DNA from: an uncultured virus (IMG/VR IMGVR_UViG_3300035327_000120)
Lineage: Duplodnaviria > Heunggongvirae > Uroviricota > Caudoviricetes
Virus record (IMG/VR): IMGVR_UViG_3300035327_000120
DNA length: 64,000 bases
Direction: 5' to 3' (one strand)
In this document: positions 32,501-40,416 of the stretch, piece after piece
How positions within the stretch are numbered: the stretch's first letter is position 1
Layout: each line of letters opens with the position of its first letter
Notes under the pieces: model-generated
What the model was told of the DNA's origin: nothing
Databases searched by the model: none
The model's input: only the letters and a program-made list of their open reading frames with translations
Made by a program: the position numbers and the translations under genes

Positions 32501-34722
32501 AATTCTTTTTGGGCGGCCTCGGTGAAGAACTTGGTAAATTCCAGAGTGAACTTGTAGTCGGTCGACGTCGCAGATGAGTTCTGATTGACATTCTCGCTCC
32601 ACAGCGTCAGGCCGGAGGTGGTATCAATTATTTCAAGGCGACGGATAACGCCAAGAACTTCCGTATCACCGTCGAATGTTACCGACTTGATAGCGGCCCG
32701 GACAGATATTTCAGAGCCATACGCAGCATAGACGGCAGGGCTTTCCAAGTAGATAGAAAGTGTCGAGCCGGCCACCTGACCTGCTCCGTTGCTCTTGGGG
32801 ATTGATACAGACTCACCGATTTTGGCACCGGCCTTATCTACACCTTGAATGACATAGTTATCGGGGTCAGGAACAATCTCCAGTCCTGCGAATTGCTTTT
32901 GCTCCAGTTCATACGCGCCCCCAGTGCTGAAAGCATCGTGGCCGCCGCGCTCTGGGGTGTCAGAGGTTTTGACAGAGCCACCACCGCCAAACTCTTTCCA
33001 AAGTTCTTTGCTCGCAAAATCCGTGGGCTGTCCTGTGAACTGATAAGCCTCCCACTTGTATTCTTCAGAACGGAAAGTAATCACAAGACCACCTTTGGCG
33101 TATGTGATGCCGGAGGACTGCTGTATCGAGAGGATAGCGTCAATGGCACTATCTTTCGTGTAGTAGCCTGATACGGTTCGGGGACAGAGGTTGTCAACAT
33201 TGATTATAGCCTCTGCGCCGGCGGACATTCCTGCAAGGTCTATCCAGTTCTTGGCGCTCTTGAACTGCGCCTCGGTTACGTTGGGGCCGACATACTGGTA
33301 AGTTTTCCACGAGCCGGCGCTTATGGCGAAAGTAATCTGCAAACCGAGCAATGCTTTGTCAGCGGCGAAAACAGCATCGAGAACATTGTGGGTTTGAGTT
33401 TCAGCCATGATATCGGAGTAATACTCTCCGGCAGGGAGGGGTATTTCGACAGTGGCGTTGAATGTATTGCCAACAGCGGCACCGCCTCCGCCAAACGGTT
33501 TCCATTGTTCAGGATTTTCCCAATCGGCATCTTCATCGAATACGTTCTTGACCCACTGATATGCGACCCATTTATATTTTTCTTCCCCGTTGGCATTGGT
33601 TTCAGCCATGAGGAATGTTACGACAGCGCCATAAATGCGGTAGCTATCATCAACCGAGCTTACAGCACTCTTGAGGGTATAGAATGGCTCATCAGTATCG
33701 TACAGCGCATTCAGGTTCAGGAACATCGTGGCCATAAGCTGGTGGCTATGGTCTGACAACCTGTTTCTGTTTTCTATGGCTTGGTCGTAGGCAGCTTTAC
33801 CTTTATCACCGGGATATGCTGTACCTGCGGTTTCGCCAAGAGCGAGGTCAGAGCCAATCGTTATCAGTTCCGACCCACTCCAACGAAATGTCTTGTTGTT
33901 TGAGGTACAAGTATAGATTTTGCCAGCATCGGGTATTCTACCGTCAATGTCTACACCTTCTCCGAATGACTCTGCATCGAGCCAGTTATTGTAATAGGTG
34001 AATACCTCGATCTTGATAGCAACTTCTCCTTTGTCAATATTCCAAAAATCATCTATTGGGATTGAAGGAGTAGCAGCCTCAATTTTGGGAGATATGGCGG
34101 TTACCCTCTTGGGACGTAAGACTGCATCCCAATCACCATTTTCAGAAACTTGTAGATTTGATACCGCCAACAGGAACCTGTTTGCTACGGTGTCATAAAC
34201 TACCATGCAGCCGCGATCGGTAGAGCTTTTGCCTATGGAAGCCCGTTGAGAGGTTACTCCGGATACCATAGCGTTAAACTCTATAACATCATCGACAAAG
34301 CCGGGGAGGTTCGCGGCAGGCACTTTCGCATTAGCATCAAGGGGAGCAATGCCGTTAGGCTGGCCGATTGAGTTGTGAGTGGCAACAGCCTGTGTCTTTG
34401 CCTCATCAGCCGTGGTCTGTGCCTTATCTGCGGCAGTCTTGGCAGTACCGGCCAAAGCAGCAGCATTAGCCGCAGCCGCCTTTGCTTCGTTTGCCGTGGT
34501 ATTGGCATTTCCGGCAATGATTGTAGTGCTGTTGAGCGTGGTCTGGAGAGCATTATCCTTACTCTCCCTCTGTTGGGCCTCCGTGGTCAGGGCGGAGTCA
34601 GTAGCCTCGATTATATCTACCAACATCTTACCGACACGTTCAGCCGTGTTCTGTCCCTCGCTGTCCTCATACCTGATAAGGTCAGCCTGAGATTTCAGGT
34701 TGGATTTATTCGTTAGTCCCAT
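26542..34722 (-). CDS. DGR target 1: 2726-aa putative tail/receptor-binding protein with C-terminal variable domain
   Basis: End of structural operon; LamG-like, LRR-like and beta-rich segments; VR1 at C-terminus ending GSRLAF. Confidence 0.85.
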   Translation of the reverse strand: MGLTNKSNLKSQADLIRYEDSEGQNTAERVGKMLVDIIEATDSALTTEAQQRESKDNALQTTLNSTTIIAGNANTTANEAKAAAANAAALAGTAKTAADKAQTTADEAKTQAVATHNSIGQPNGIAPLDANAKVPAANLPGFVDDVIEFNAMVSGVTSQRASIGKSSTDRGCMVVYDTVANRFLLAVSNLQVSENGDWDAVLRPKRVTAISPKIEAATPSIPIDDFWNIDKGEVAIKIEVFTYYNNWLDAESFGEGVDIDGRIPDAGKIYTCTSNNKTFRWSGSELITIGSDLALGETAGTAYPGDKGKAAYDQAIENRNRLSDHSHQLMATMFLNLNALYDTDEPFYTLKSAVSSVDDSYRIYGAVVTFLMAETNANGEEKYKWVAYQWVKNVFDEDADWENPEQWKPFGGGGAAVGNTFNATVEIPLPAGEYYSDIMAETQTHNVLDAVFAADKALLGLQITFAISAGSWKTYQYVGPNVTEAQFKSAKNWIDLAGMSAGAEAIINVDNLCPRTVSGYYTKDSAIDAILSIQQSSGITYAKGGLVITFRSEEYKWEAYQFTGQPTDFASKELWKEFGGGGSVKTSDTPERGGHDAFSTGGAYELEQKQFAGLEIVPDPDNYVIQGVDKAGAKIGESVSIPKSNGAGQVAGSTLSIYLESPAVYAAYGSEISVRAAIKSVTFDGDTEVLGVIRRLEIIDTTSGLTLWSENVNQNSSATSTDYKFTLEFTKFFTEAAQKEFTIVAYDADNNVKRRTITVTAVDVTCTSVQTLNYTSSSALEVGGDTKNILMYKFANNVSKQGVKVTTEIYLNGAWHTLGVATITDSYSHTISINPKNVLGGNEVMQHGSYPIRISGEDVASGVKGNTIYSSVMCVDPASTTPIVALRYNDTNNGSIRLYDSLVVEVAAYTPNKNSTKADVSIDGHVVTTVECQISQTYQVSKQIQGYDTDGSATIEFFVQSGASQTTPIQIRVYGSAIAAVLKEGALFGYDFATRSNSEPDHTITDKGATMIVEGSNWSSNGFGNYLGDNCLRIAENVTARIPYAPFGSAATERTNGMAWQMAFATNNIKDSEAKLVECYDPDSGAGFYICGNKVVMYCKNGTPSTVTRGFKCGEKITLAVVVEPSTITVHRGSTDYSTLKLYLNGEEVGAIGYVANSGAILNTRHISFNGTDGDLYLYYVLAYDSYYEWAQAFQNYLCKLTDTNAMTAEYEAENVLDNQNRPTLDLLKAKGIPYYVVVAPQATFDSFDSDINTSTNFKCTLFYFHPTMPWRSFKAENVRWRRQGTTSAKRPIKNDRFYLAKEKGWKITPIYPDYENADALMAYKLFELGYVRVEENTIPVKIITVKVDYSDSSNSNDCGVCDLMNATYRTLGASYMTPAQRAFDGTWKKGEVVVSGLEMNHSTANHPIAAFRATNESLTDAWFHAKGNWKEDKGEQVALGFMDTPGYNKGCLNYGDFIEFFGLPDETLDQTMARFKQSEGLDTTMPYLLSQYCGRDYRIMRYSGGEWARSTGSMKQINGKWVITGDVLNPVSGYELITYDGMDWFMGVGSVADMMAPTATMSSWVAKLNLGQETYPAWTQFFECMIDDDQLQIDLAMGRKVPYDLFNVLKFCDTCDYSKAALASTWQGIWKSNAWKYMSVQSLISYYTFTDYLAAVDQQAKNMQPMFFLEDGCWVENGEYHTPSAMEPVRMYFNKVYDCDTCNGKDNDGGNTIPSELDPATDDKCYAGRGSILWNDLRRCENQEMVCDASGNTLTLPGVVATMRNLPEIDGIGAGPFSPKGALHYFVNKRMKLWPKVVSSYDGERKYIHYTGYNDIYYYALQGLGLTSLPAFIEQRWRIRDGYYQTGDFKDASHVLGGRVGAKTGAVIRFKAAKSGYFGIGNDGGNITQGMYLQAGEEGVFTDFQHGDNILLYIYQADRMSEIDLSQLSLDPNFQFSVMTLAEKIVIGSVNHRTTWRLSPGNTGFLETMNLGDLPFLRHLDVRTTEIRSINASKCPRLETVLASGSDLTSITTAETSPLETLELPASMSELNFVNLPKLSYPGGLTIAGMSNVIRLMLSGCPHIDPMALINGIVTSSAIRYIRLPDVNITAPSSILAALRSSGAVGLDPSGQAYEESGQCSGITGRWIMENLIPENGADAVTIEKLKRYFPQLEIHNSQYTGVVFDDTESDSQNITNLENGTVGEEFEPSGHFVRVRDMSHAYKCTYNRTSQKMRCIQISDANYNLMADGTEYDPTDQAGEGFDIMKLLPAYWYKGVNDYKNQRKYFFVSSMAEEPISTVATNADGSYRRNRVKLADCLHTSMASVYTIVDDTAVKKGDDVTILENPNYSVYEINVEGMKQVRWPGLNNATIGAVFVDADGKIVAKFNMMVTHALFDFVNGEYVFCDVPSGSVKLLFTAPIGFDELEAIAVDSAAIEAIEPDWVHTRQRLVGVYGIHMDNLMRPRSISGSRTKCGDGTSTTNPDWQYDSEGRVKNTSVPTSTMHYTCQDFMNLCEMRGEGYHAIDYEISKDIANLVMALTGERDIQAYAGYGCGSQYTTGANNFNTFGNVTRKYSGSNIGNIIFGIQNFVACNYEWMSNIAANVTSYASFKKNKCIGQSSDPIDAVYHIYDPVSKTERAVQGLNNTSSGYCIGRVKFGRFCDTLASRVTSDSSQWNLHYGDGYYYTHDRGRVVGRAYGNAHAYGGLVFSVAYYVSSNSYTSCGSRLAFSGDIEIVEDTSETIETD
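26595..26711 (-). repeat. DGR variable region VR1
   Basis: Ungapped 117-bp match to TR 26315-26431; 17 mismatches, all at TR adenines. Confidence 0.95.
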
Positions 34723-34739
34723 TGCAGTAGAGTGATTTA

Positions 34740-35252
34740 TTATCCGATTTTGCGTATTTTGATGCCTCCTGACGCTCTTTGTGCGCCGAGGTTGCCCGTA
34801 GGTATCCCGACATGGCTACAATAGCGCAGACAGTCCCGGAGGTAGCTGTTTGCGGCTTCCAGTGTGTCATTGTAGCAGTCGGAGCGCTCTTTGGTGGAGA
34901 TATGGGAGGCGTAGTCGGACTCCTTCATCACCACTCCGAAGCGAGTAGTCTGAAAGTCGCCGACCATGACATTTTTGGCGAATACGAAATATGCAACACA
35001 GCATTTCAGCCCGACAAACGAATAGATGCCGCCGTCCTTTGCCGTGTATGTGCCTCCATTCAGAAGCACTTTGTATTGCTCATTTACCTCGCCGTTTTGG
35101 AGTATATCAAGGAACAGCCTATCACCGAGAACAGGCTTAATATTCATCTGCTCTGCTTCGGTGATATAGGCCAATATTCTTTCATGGTCTATTTTGCCGT
35201 TTATGGGTCGGCCAATCTTGGCTGCCTCGTCAGTGGTTAAGAGATGTTCCAT
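34740..35252 (-). CDS. Head-tail connector/adaptor-like protein
   Basis: Follows portal; YITEAEQMNIKPVLGDRLF pattern. Confidence 0.5.
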   Translation of the reverse strand: MEHLLTTDEAAKIGRPINGKIDHERILAYITEAEQMNIKPVLGDRLFLDILQNGEVNEQYKVLLNGGTYTAKDGGIYSFVGLKCCVAYFVFAKNVMVGDFQTTRFGVVMKESDYASHISTKERSDCYNDTLEAANSYLRDCLRYCSHVGIPTGNLGAQRASGGIKIRKIG

Positions 35253-36444
35253 TGTTCTGCGTGATTTGAATTGTGTTACCGGTTGAATTATTGCTGACGT
35301 AGATTAGCGGTTCAATCTCGTAATCATCAGAGACATTGGCTTTCTCATACCACCTGTCAAAAATCTTTTTCAGGTTTCGAGAGATTGAGCGACGGACTTT
35401 CGATACATAGGAATTGTAGTATTCGTATGCCTCGGACAGCACGTTACCACTCCAGCCGGTACGTCCGATGCGGACGTTATACCACGGCTCCTGACCAAAT
35501 GCGGAGTAAATTCGTTCTGTGGTGCTGCTTTCTGTGCAGTTGAATTTTGCGTCATAGTTCGACCCCTCAACATTGATAAACTCTGGCTTTTCTTCCTCGG
35601 AGTTAATCGTAACGTCCATGATAGAGCAGCAATTCATATCACCCTGAAACACGTCAAGACTCTTGGAAAAATCATAATCGTCTTTTGGAGGCAACTCATT
35701 TCCGTTTTGGTCGTATTCAACTGTCATACCCTTGCGGTGAACGAACATACCGGAGAGCATGAAGCCATTACGGACGTTGCGGTATTTCACGTTGTCAAGG
35801 CCCTCATCAGTTGAGAGGTTCGTAACAACTTTGTCGTATATGGGCTTAGGATACTGATAGCGGCCGTCCATTGAAAACCACAAAATCTGGCCCTGATAAC
35901 TCTCTATCCCCCCGGACGCTTCAATCTGCGCCAGTACGACTTCGGGGATAGGATTGAACATGAATATCTTTTTGACATTCTTTTTATCGACATTTATAGT
36001 CTTGCCCTTTCTGGTACGTTTGCCACTCCAGTCAGGGTGTACGTTGACATACAAAATCTGACCGTCCTCTTCTTCTTCCTCCAGACGGCACTCTTGAAAT
36101 GGTATGTGCTGAAGCTCCACAATTTCGCAGGCCATGTTATAGTTGACATGGAGAGCAAAACCGTGAAAGTACGCAAGGTCGTATGCTATAAGGCTGAATA
36201 CATCGTCTATGGTTTCTCCCTTGCGATTGCAGATGTATTCAGAAAAATCTTTGTTTCGTAAGCCGTTGCCCTCAATGAACGTCATGTAACGCTCTACGCA
36301 GGTGCTACCGGTCGGGCTATTCTGTATCAGGTCATACATTCGTTGGGGATAGAGGTTATCGCTCCCATACGTCTGAATGTTCAACAGACTTAGGTAATCG
36401 GTGCTGAACCGCTTCGGAGGTCTTATTACACTATTGACGTTCAT
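35230..36444 (-). CDS. Portal protein
   Basis: YGSDNLYPQ...SPT...FIEGNG; size and position in head module. Confidence 0.7.
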   Translation of the reverse strand: MNVNSVIRPPKRFSTDYLSLLNIQTYGSDNLYPQRMYDLIQNSPTGSTCVERYMTFIEGNGLRNKDFSEYICNRKGETIDDVFSLIAYDLAYFHGFALHVNYNMACEIVELQHIPFQECRLEEEEEDGQILYVNVHPDWSGKRTRKGKTINVDKKNVKKIFMFNPIPEVVLAQIEASGGIESYQGQILWFSMDGRYQYPKPIYDKVVTNLSTDEGLDNVKYRNVRNGFMLSGMFVHRKGMTVEYDQNGNELPPKDDYDFSKSLDVFQGDMNCCSIMDVTINSEEEKPEFINVEGSNYDAKFNCTESSTTERIYSAFGQEPWYNVRIGRTGWSGNVLSEAYEYYNSYVSKVRRSISRNLKKIFDRWYEKANVSDDYEIEPLIYVSNNSTGNTIQITQNNGTSLNH

Positions 36445-36470
36445 TGAGTATTAGGCTTTGTGGATTGTGA

Positions 36471-37241
36471 TTATTCGGCGTTAGCTTCGGACTGAGTATC
36501 TGTGCCAACTTTCTTTTTGAGCATAGCGTTGGATTGCTTGAGGCCCTTGTTCTCTTTCTTGAGGTTTTCGACCTCTTTTAGAAGATTGTCGCGTTCCTCT
36601 GTGGTAGCGGCCAACTGCTCATTGGCGTTGCCGAGTTCCATGCGGAGGTTTTCGATTTCGAGGTCTTTTTCAGAAGGGTTCTCATCTTCTGCTGGGGGAA
36701 AGTCGCGGTCAGCTTCCAGTTCTGCGATACGCGCATCACGCAGCGCTATGGCGGCTTCATTTTCCGCGATCTGTTCATCTTTGGATTTGATGATTTCCAG
36801 AGCCTCGGCTTCGGTCATGTGGGGAGTATTGTCCGAGCCATCGGCGTTATGCTCTGTGTATGCCGCTACACGGGCTTTCCAGTCGTCGGGCAGTTCGGCA
36901 AACAGATTGGCGTTAGCCGGGTTCATGGCGAGATACTTTTCTGCAACCTCGTTAGTGAGATTGGCAGAGGTATAGGCCTGCGACTGCCCGAAGAAAGAAA
37001 TGACTGCGCCGGCTTTCAGCTTATAGTCTGATTTCTTTGGCATTGCTTTGTATTTTTTGAGTTTAATTTTGATTTCCATGTATGCGTCCCGATAGCAGTC
37101 GCTACACCCACGGTTGGTTATTTCACGCCCGAAAAGGTCATAGTACACTTTATCGAGAAAAGCCCTGTCAAGAGTAGAAAAGCCGTCTGCGTAACGGCTT
37201 TCCATTTCTTGAAGGGTCTTGATGATTTCGTTGTAGCCCAT
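36471..37241 (-). CDS. Hypothetical protein with CxxC and C-terminal coiled coil
   Basis: RGCSDCYRDAY; heptad-rich C-terminus. Confidence 0.65.
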   Translation of the reverse strand: MGYNEIIKTLQEMESRYADGFSTLDRAFLDKVYYDLFGREITNRGCSDCYRDAYMEIKIKLKKYKAMPKKSDYKLKAGAVISFFGQSQAYTSANLTNEVAEKYLAMNPANANLFAELPDDWKARVAAYTEHNADGSDNTPHMTEAEALEIIKSKDEQIAENEAAIALRDARIAELEADRDFPPAEDENPSEKDLEIENLRMELGNANEQLAATTEERDNLLKEVENLKKENKGLKQSNAMLKKKVGTDTQSEANAE

Positions 37242-37255
37242 AGTTGTGTGATACG

Positions 37256-37852
37256 TTAGGAGCCTGCAACGAGGGAGGCAATAGCGGTGCGTGTAGTCGC
37301 AACGCTGTCATTGAACAGGAATAATCCCGCAGACGGAGCGCCCGCTTCTTCCAGTGTGGCTGACCAACCGCCATCGGTTTCCTCGGAATACTTATCGTCT
37401 GCCAACGCTGTGGCCGATAAGCCCTGCTCATAGCCGTACACCTCAAAGGTGTTCTTGCCGTCTTTGCCGCCATACTTGTTTTCGAGAATGACGACAAACG
37501 AGCCGTTTGCGAGGGGATTGATGATGTCGTTTACCACGTCAGGACCGTTGTCAAGAATTACCAGACCGACAGTCTTTGTGAACTTACTGCGGTAGGTGCC
37601 GGTAGCCATCGCCTTGTTTGTTCCCGTGAATGGTGATTTTCCGGGAACAAACATTCGATAGGCTTTCTTGCCTTTCTTCAGGACAAGGGTCGAGAGAATA
37701 CACGGGTTACTGGTGTCGCGGGCGCAGGAGTCGCGGTCGATGTCATCAGAGTTGATAATCCAACCGGTATTGCGGATACCTGCCACGGAGCTGTTCTCGC
37801 AACTTGCTACGAGGTCAGCAGCCAATTTGTAGTCGCAACTTTCAGTAGCCAT
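37256..37852 (-). CDS. Structural protein (major tail tube-like)
   Basis: Follows capsid; beta-rich, FEVYGYEQGL. Confidence 0.5.
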   Translation of the reverse strand: MATESCDYKLAADLVASCENSSVAGIRNTGWIINSDDIDRDSCARDTSNPCILSTLVLKKGKKAYRMFVPGKSPFTGTNKAMATGTYRSKFTKTVGLVILDNGPDVVNDIINPLANGSFVVILENKYGGKDGKNTFEVYGYEQGLSATALADDKYSEETDGGWSATLEEAGAPSAGLFLFNDSVATTRTAIASLVAGS

Positions 37853-37864
37853 AGCGTATTGGGA

Positions 37865-38947
37865 TTAGAGGGCAACCTGAACAAGGGCGTCCTCACCTAC
37901 GAGGGTGCCGATGTTCGACTGTGCGAAGATATTGTTGTATCGGGTTTCGTCGTTGAACGTTACGGAGAGGTCAGCGATGAGTTCCTTGTCGGTCGTACCT
38001 GCAAAAAGGTTCTGGGGAGAGGTCAGAATTGCGCGGTGCGGGCAGTTCAGAGAAGTGCCGTTATCCTCGTATTTCTTAATCATTCTATCCCAGATGTCGA
38101 GGACAATAATCTCGTGGCCGTCGTAACGGGAGAGCTGAATGCCAGACGTTACTTGCTCGACTTCAAGCTGGAGATTGTGGAGTTTCTTCACATCGTTGCG
38201 CAGAGCCTTGAACAGGGAGTTCGTCATCATAATGGCGTGGTCCTCCTTGTCGAAGATGCGAGAGTCAGCATCAGAGAGCATATCGTCCACGATGCCGATA
38301 GCGACACCCTCCTTGCGGATTGCAGCCTTCTGGGAGGCATACGTTACCTTGGGGGTAGCCGAGGTGTCTTTGGTGGTGTTCGCTTCGATTGTGGTAAGCT
38401 GGTGAGCGTTGGTGGCGGTGATTGCTTTCAGACGCTTCCACAGGCCGTCGGCCATTGTGAACAGGGTCTTGTCGACACCAGTGGTCAGGAGGCCGCTGTC
38501 AGCGACATTCTTTGCGTCGGTATCACCGAACCATGCGATACGCCAGAACATTTCTACCATTGCTCGCTGGAGCAGCGGAACGAGAACGTCATTCCAGTAT
38601 GGAGTGTCGGGCAGATAGGCGATTTCTGTGCCGGTGTTCAGAGAATATTTGGCGATTGTATTCTCCAGTTCTGTATAGCAGATATGCTTTGCAATCTGCC
38701 ACGGGCCGAGCGCCCACTCCTTTTCAACACCGGTAATGTTGATGTTGTCGTAGGTCGGAGAGCAACCGGACTTATTCTTACCCACATCGCCCATGTCGTC
38801 GATGTAGCCGAGCTTCTGTCCGTTGTATACGCCCGTGGAGATTGTCAGCACACGCTCTATTTCGGGGTCGTTGAAAACGGTGAGGAAAAGCAACTCGCCA
38901 AGGTCGCGGATCGCACCGTTGTCAACCGTAAACTGACTAAAATTCAT
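37865..38947 (-). CDS. Major capsid protein
   Basis: 360 aa from MNFSQF; directly downstream of head protease; WRIAWFGD. Confidence 0.7.
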   Translation of the reverse strand: MNFSQFTVDNGAIRDLGELLFLTVFNDPEIERVLTISTGVYNGQKLGYIDDMGDVGKNKSGCSPTYDNINITGVEKEWALGPWQIAKHICYTELENTIAKYSLNTGTEIAYLPDTPYWNDVLVPLLQRAMVEMFWRIAWFGDTDAKNVADSGLLTTGVDKTLFTMADGLWKRLKAITATNAHQLTTIEANTTKDTSATPKVTYASQKAAIRKEGVAIGIVDDMLSDADSRIFDKEDHAIMMTNSLFKALRNDVKKLHNLQLEVEQVTSGIQLSRYDGHEIIVLDIWDRMIKKYEDNGTSLNCPHRAILTSPQNLFAGTTDKELIADLSVTFNDETRYNNIFAQSNIGTLVGEDALVQVAL

Positions 38948-38988
38948 GACTGTGTTCTTTAATTTGTGATTGATGTTGGGGAGCCTGA

Positions 38989-40251
38989 TTACTTGCGGGC
39001 TGCGCGACGGCGGGCTGCTTCGGCTTTCTGTTCGCGGATTTTGCGCTGGGTAGCGGTTTCGCCGGTAGTACGACGGGCCGATGAGCCGGTCTCGACGAAG
39101 CGACGGTTGGAAGCATTGAAAGTCGATTTGCTTGCGAGGACCTTGTCGAGCCACGCACGGCCGCCGGCCTTGGCAACCTTGGCGAGGATAACGCGCTCGT
39201 CGGAGGACAGGACACGGGCGCCGCGCTTGGCTTCCAGTTCTTCTTCGAGTTCGGTCACACGCTCTTCGAGCTGTTCGTTCTGTTCGGTGAGGGTTTCTAC
39301 CTCTTCCACGAGTTCGTTCTCGTCGAGTTCGTCACCCTCGGCGGTTGTCTCACCGTCGCCGGCCGGAATGATGTCAGTGATGATACCTTCTTCGACCATG
39401 ATGACTGTGCCGTCATCGAGGACAAATTCGCCGTCGGGCGAAGCAGTATCGCCGACCTGCGGGTCGCCTTCTTCGCGGTCTACTGTGAGTTCAGAGCCAT
39501 CGGCAGCGGTAACTACCATAGCCTTCATACGGAGGTCGGACATACGACGGAGTCCAGCCTTTGCAAGCAGGCGGTTGAGCTTGCTGCTCTCCACCTTGAC
39601 AAACTTTTTCTTCATAGCTGTGAATTGTTTGGATTTTATGTTTGTGAATGTTCTGGTTTTCGATGCCGTGAGGGGCGAGAGTGTTTTGGAAATGAAGCCC
39701 ATCTCGATAGCCTCTTGTGTGCCGACATAGGTATCAAGAGCCATAAGAGCCACCAACTCGGAGCGTGTGGCCGTAGTACGCTGCACATAGAGGTCAAGCA
39801 TTTTCTTTTCTTCCATGCGCAGGTTGTCAGCCTGAACTTTGAGTTGGTCGATGTTCTTTTCGAGATTGTCAGCGGTCAGTCTGGTATACCAATCCATTTC
39901 GGGGCAGCAGAGAGCCGGATTGTGGATACAGAAATGAGCGTTCTTGTATGCGAAGCGACGCTCTAACGGAGCAGCCAAAAGGATTATCGTAGCCATTGAC
40001 GAACACTCGCCCTCGACGGTGCAAGTGATTTTCTTGCCGGAGCGACGCAGTTTGTCATATATCGCCCAGCCCTCAACGCAATCACCGCCACGGCAGTGAA
40101 TACGAATATCAATGACGTTATCATCGTCCGCCATTGAACTGATGAACTCATCGATGTCCTTATAGCACACGCCGTCCATGCCCTCCCAGTTTTGGAGCAT
40201 GATTTTCTCTTCTTCTCCTACGATGTCGTTGAAAATTTTAAGAGTAGCCAT
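38989..40251 (-). CDS. ClpP-type head maturation protease with scaffold-like C-terminus
   Basis: HCRGGD, CSSMATII, CIHNP, EAIEMGFI; acidic coiled-coil tail. Confidence 0.85.
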   Translation of the reverse strand: MATLKIFNDIVGEEEKIMLQNWEGMDGVCYKDIDEFISSMADDDNVIDIRIHCRGGDCVEGWAIYDKLRRSGKKITCTVEGECSSMATIILLAAPLERRFAYKNAHFCIHNPALCCPEMDWYTRLTADNLEKNIDQLKVQADNLRMEEKKMLDLYVQRTTATRSELVALMALDTYVGTQEAIEMGFISKTLSPLTASKTRTFTNIKSKQFTAMKKKFVKVESSKLNRLLAKAGLRRMSDLRMKAMVVTAADGSELTVDREEGDPQVGDTASPDGEFVLDDGTVIMVEEGIITDIIPAGDGETTAEGDELDENELVEEVETLTEQNEQLEERVTELEEELEAKRGARVLSSDERVILAKVAKAGGRAWLDKVLASKSTFNASNRRFVETGSSARRTTGETATQRKIREQKAEAARRRAARK

Positions 40252-40416
40252 TGCGGTTCGTGTTGTTGATTATATACCGCAAAGTTACCTCGCTCCATGT
40301 TCATTATTAGAGCATTATCCCCTTATTCCACTGAACATTAGCGTTCACTATTATGCCTTATTAAGACACCATTTTAGCCGTTCCAAAATTGTAATTTTGC
40401 TCCATATAACAATCAT

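Noticed and set aside
37859..39730. Long plus-strand ORFs (367 aa, 254 aa) and similar ones opposite the large genes
   Set aside because: Antisense shadows of capsid, protease and tail genes with no motifs
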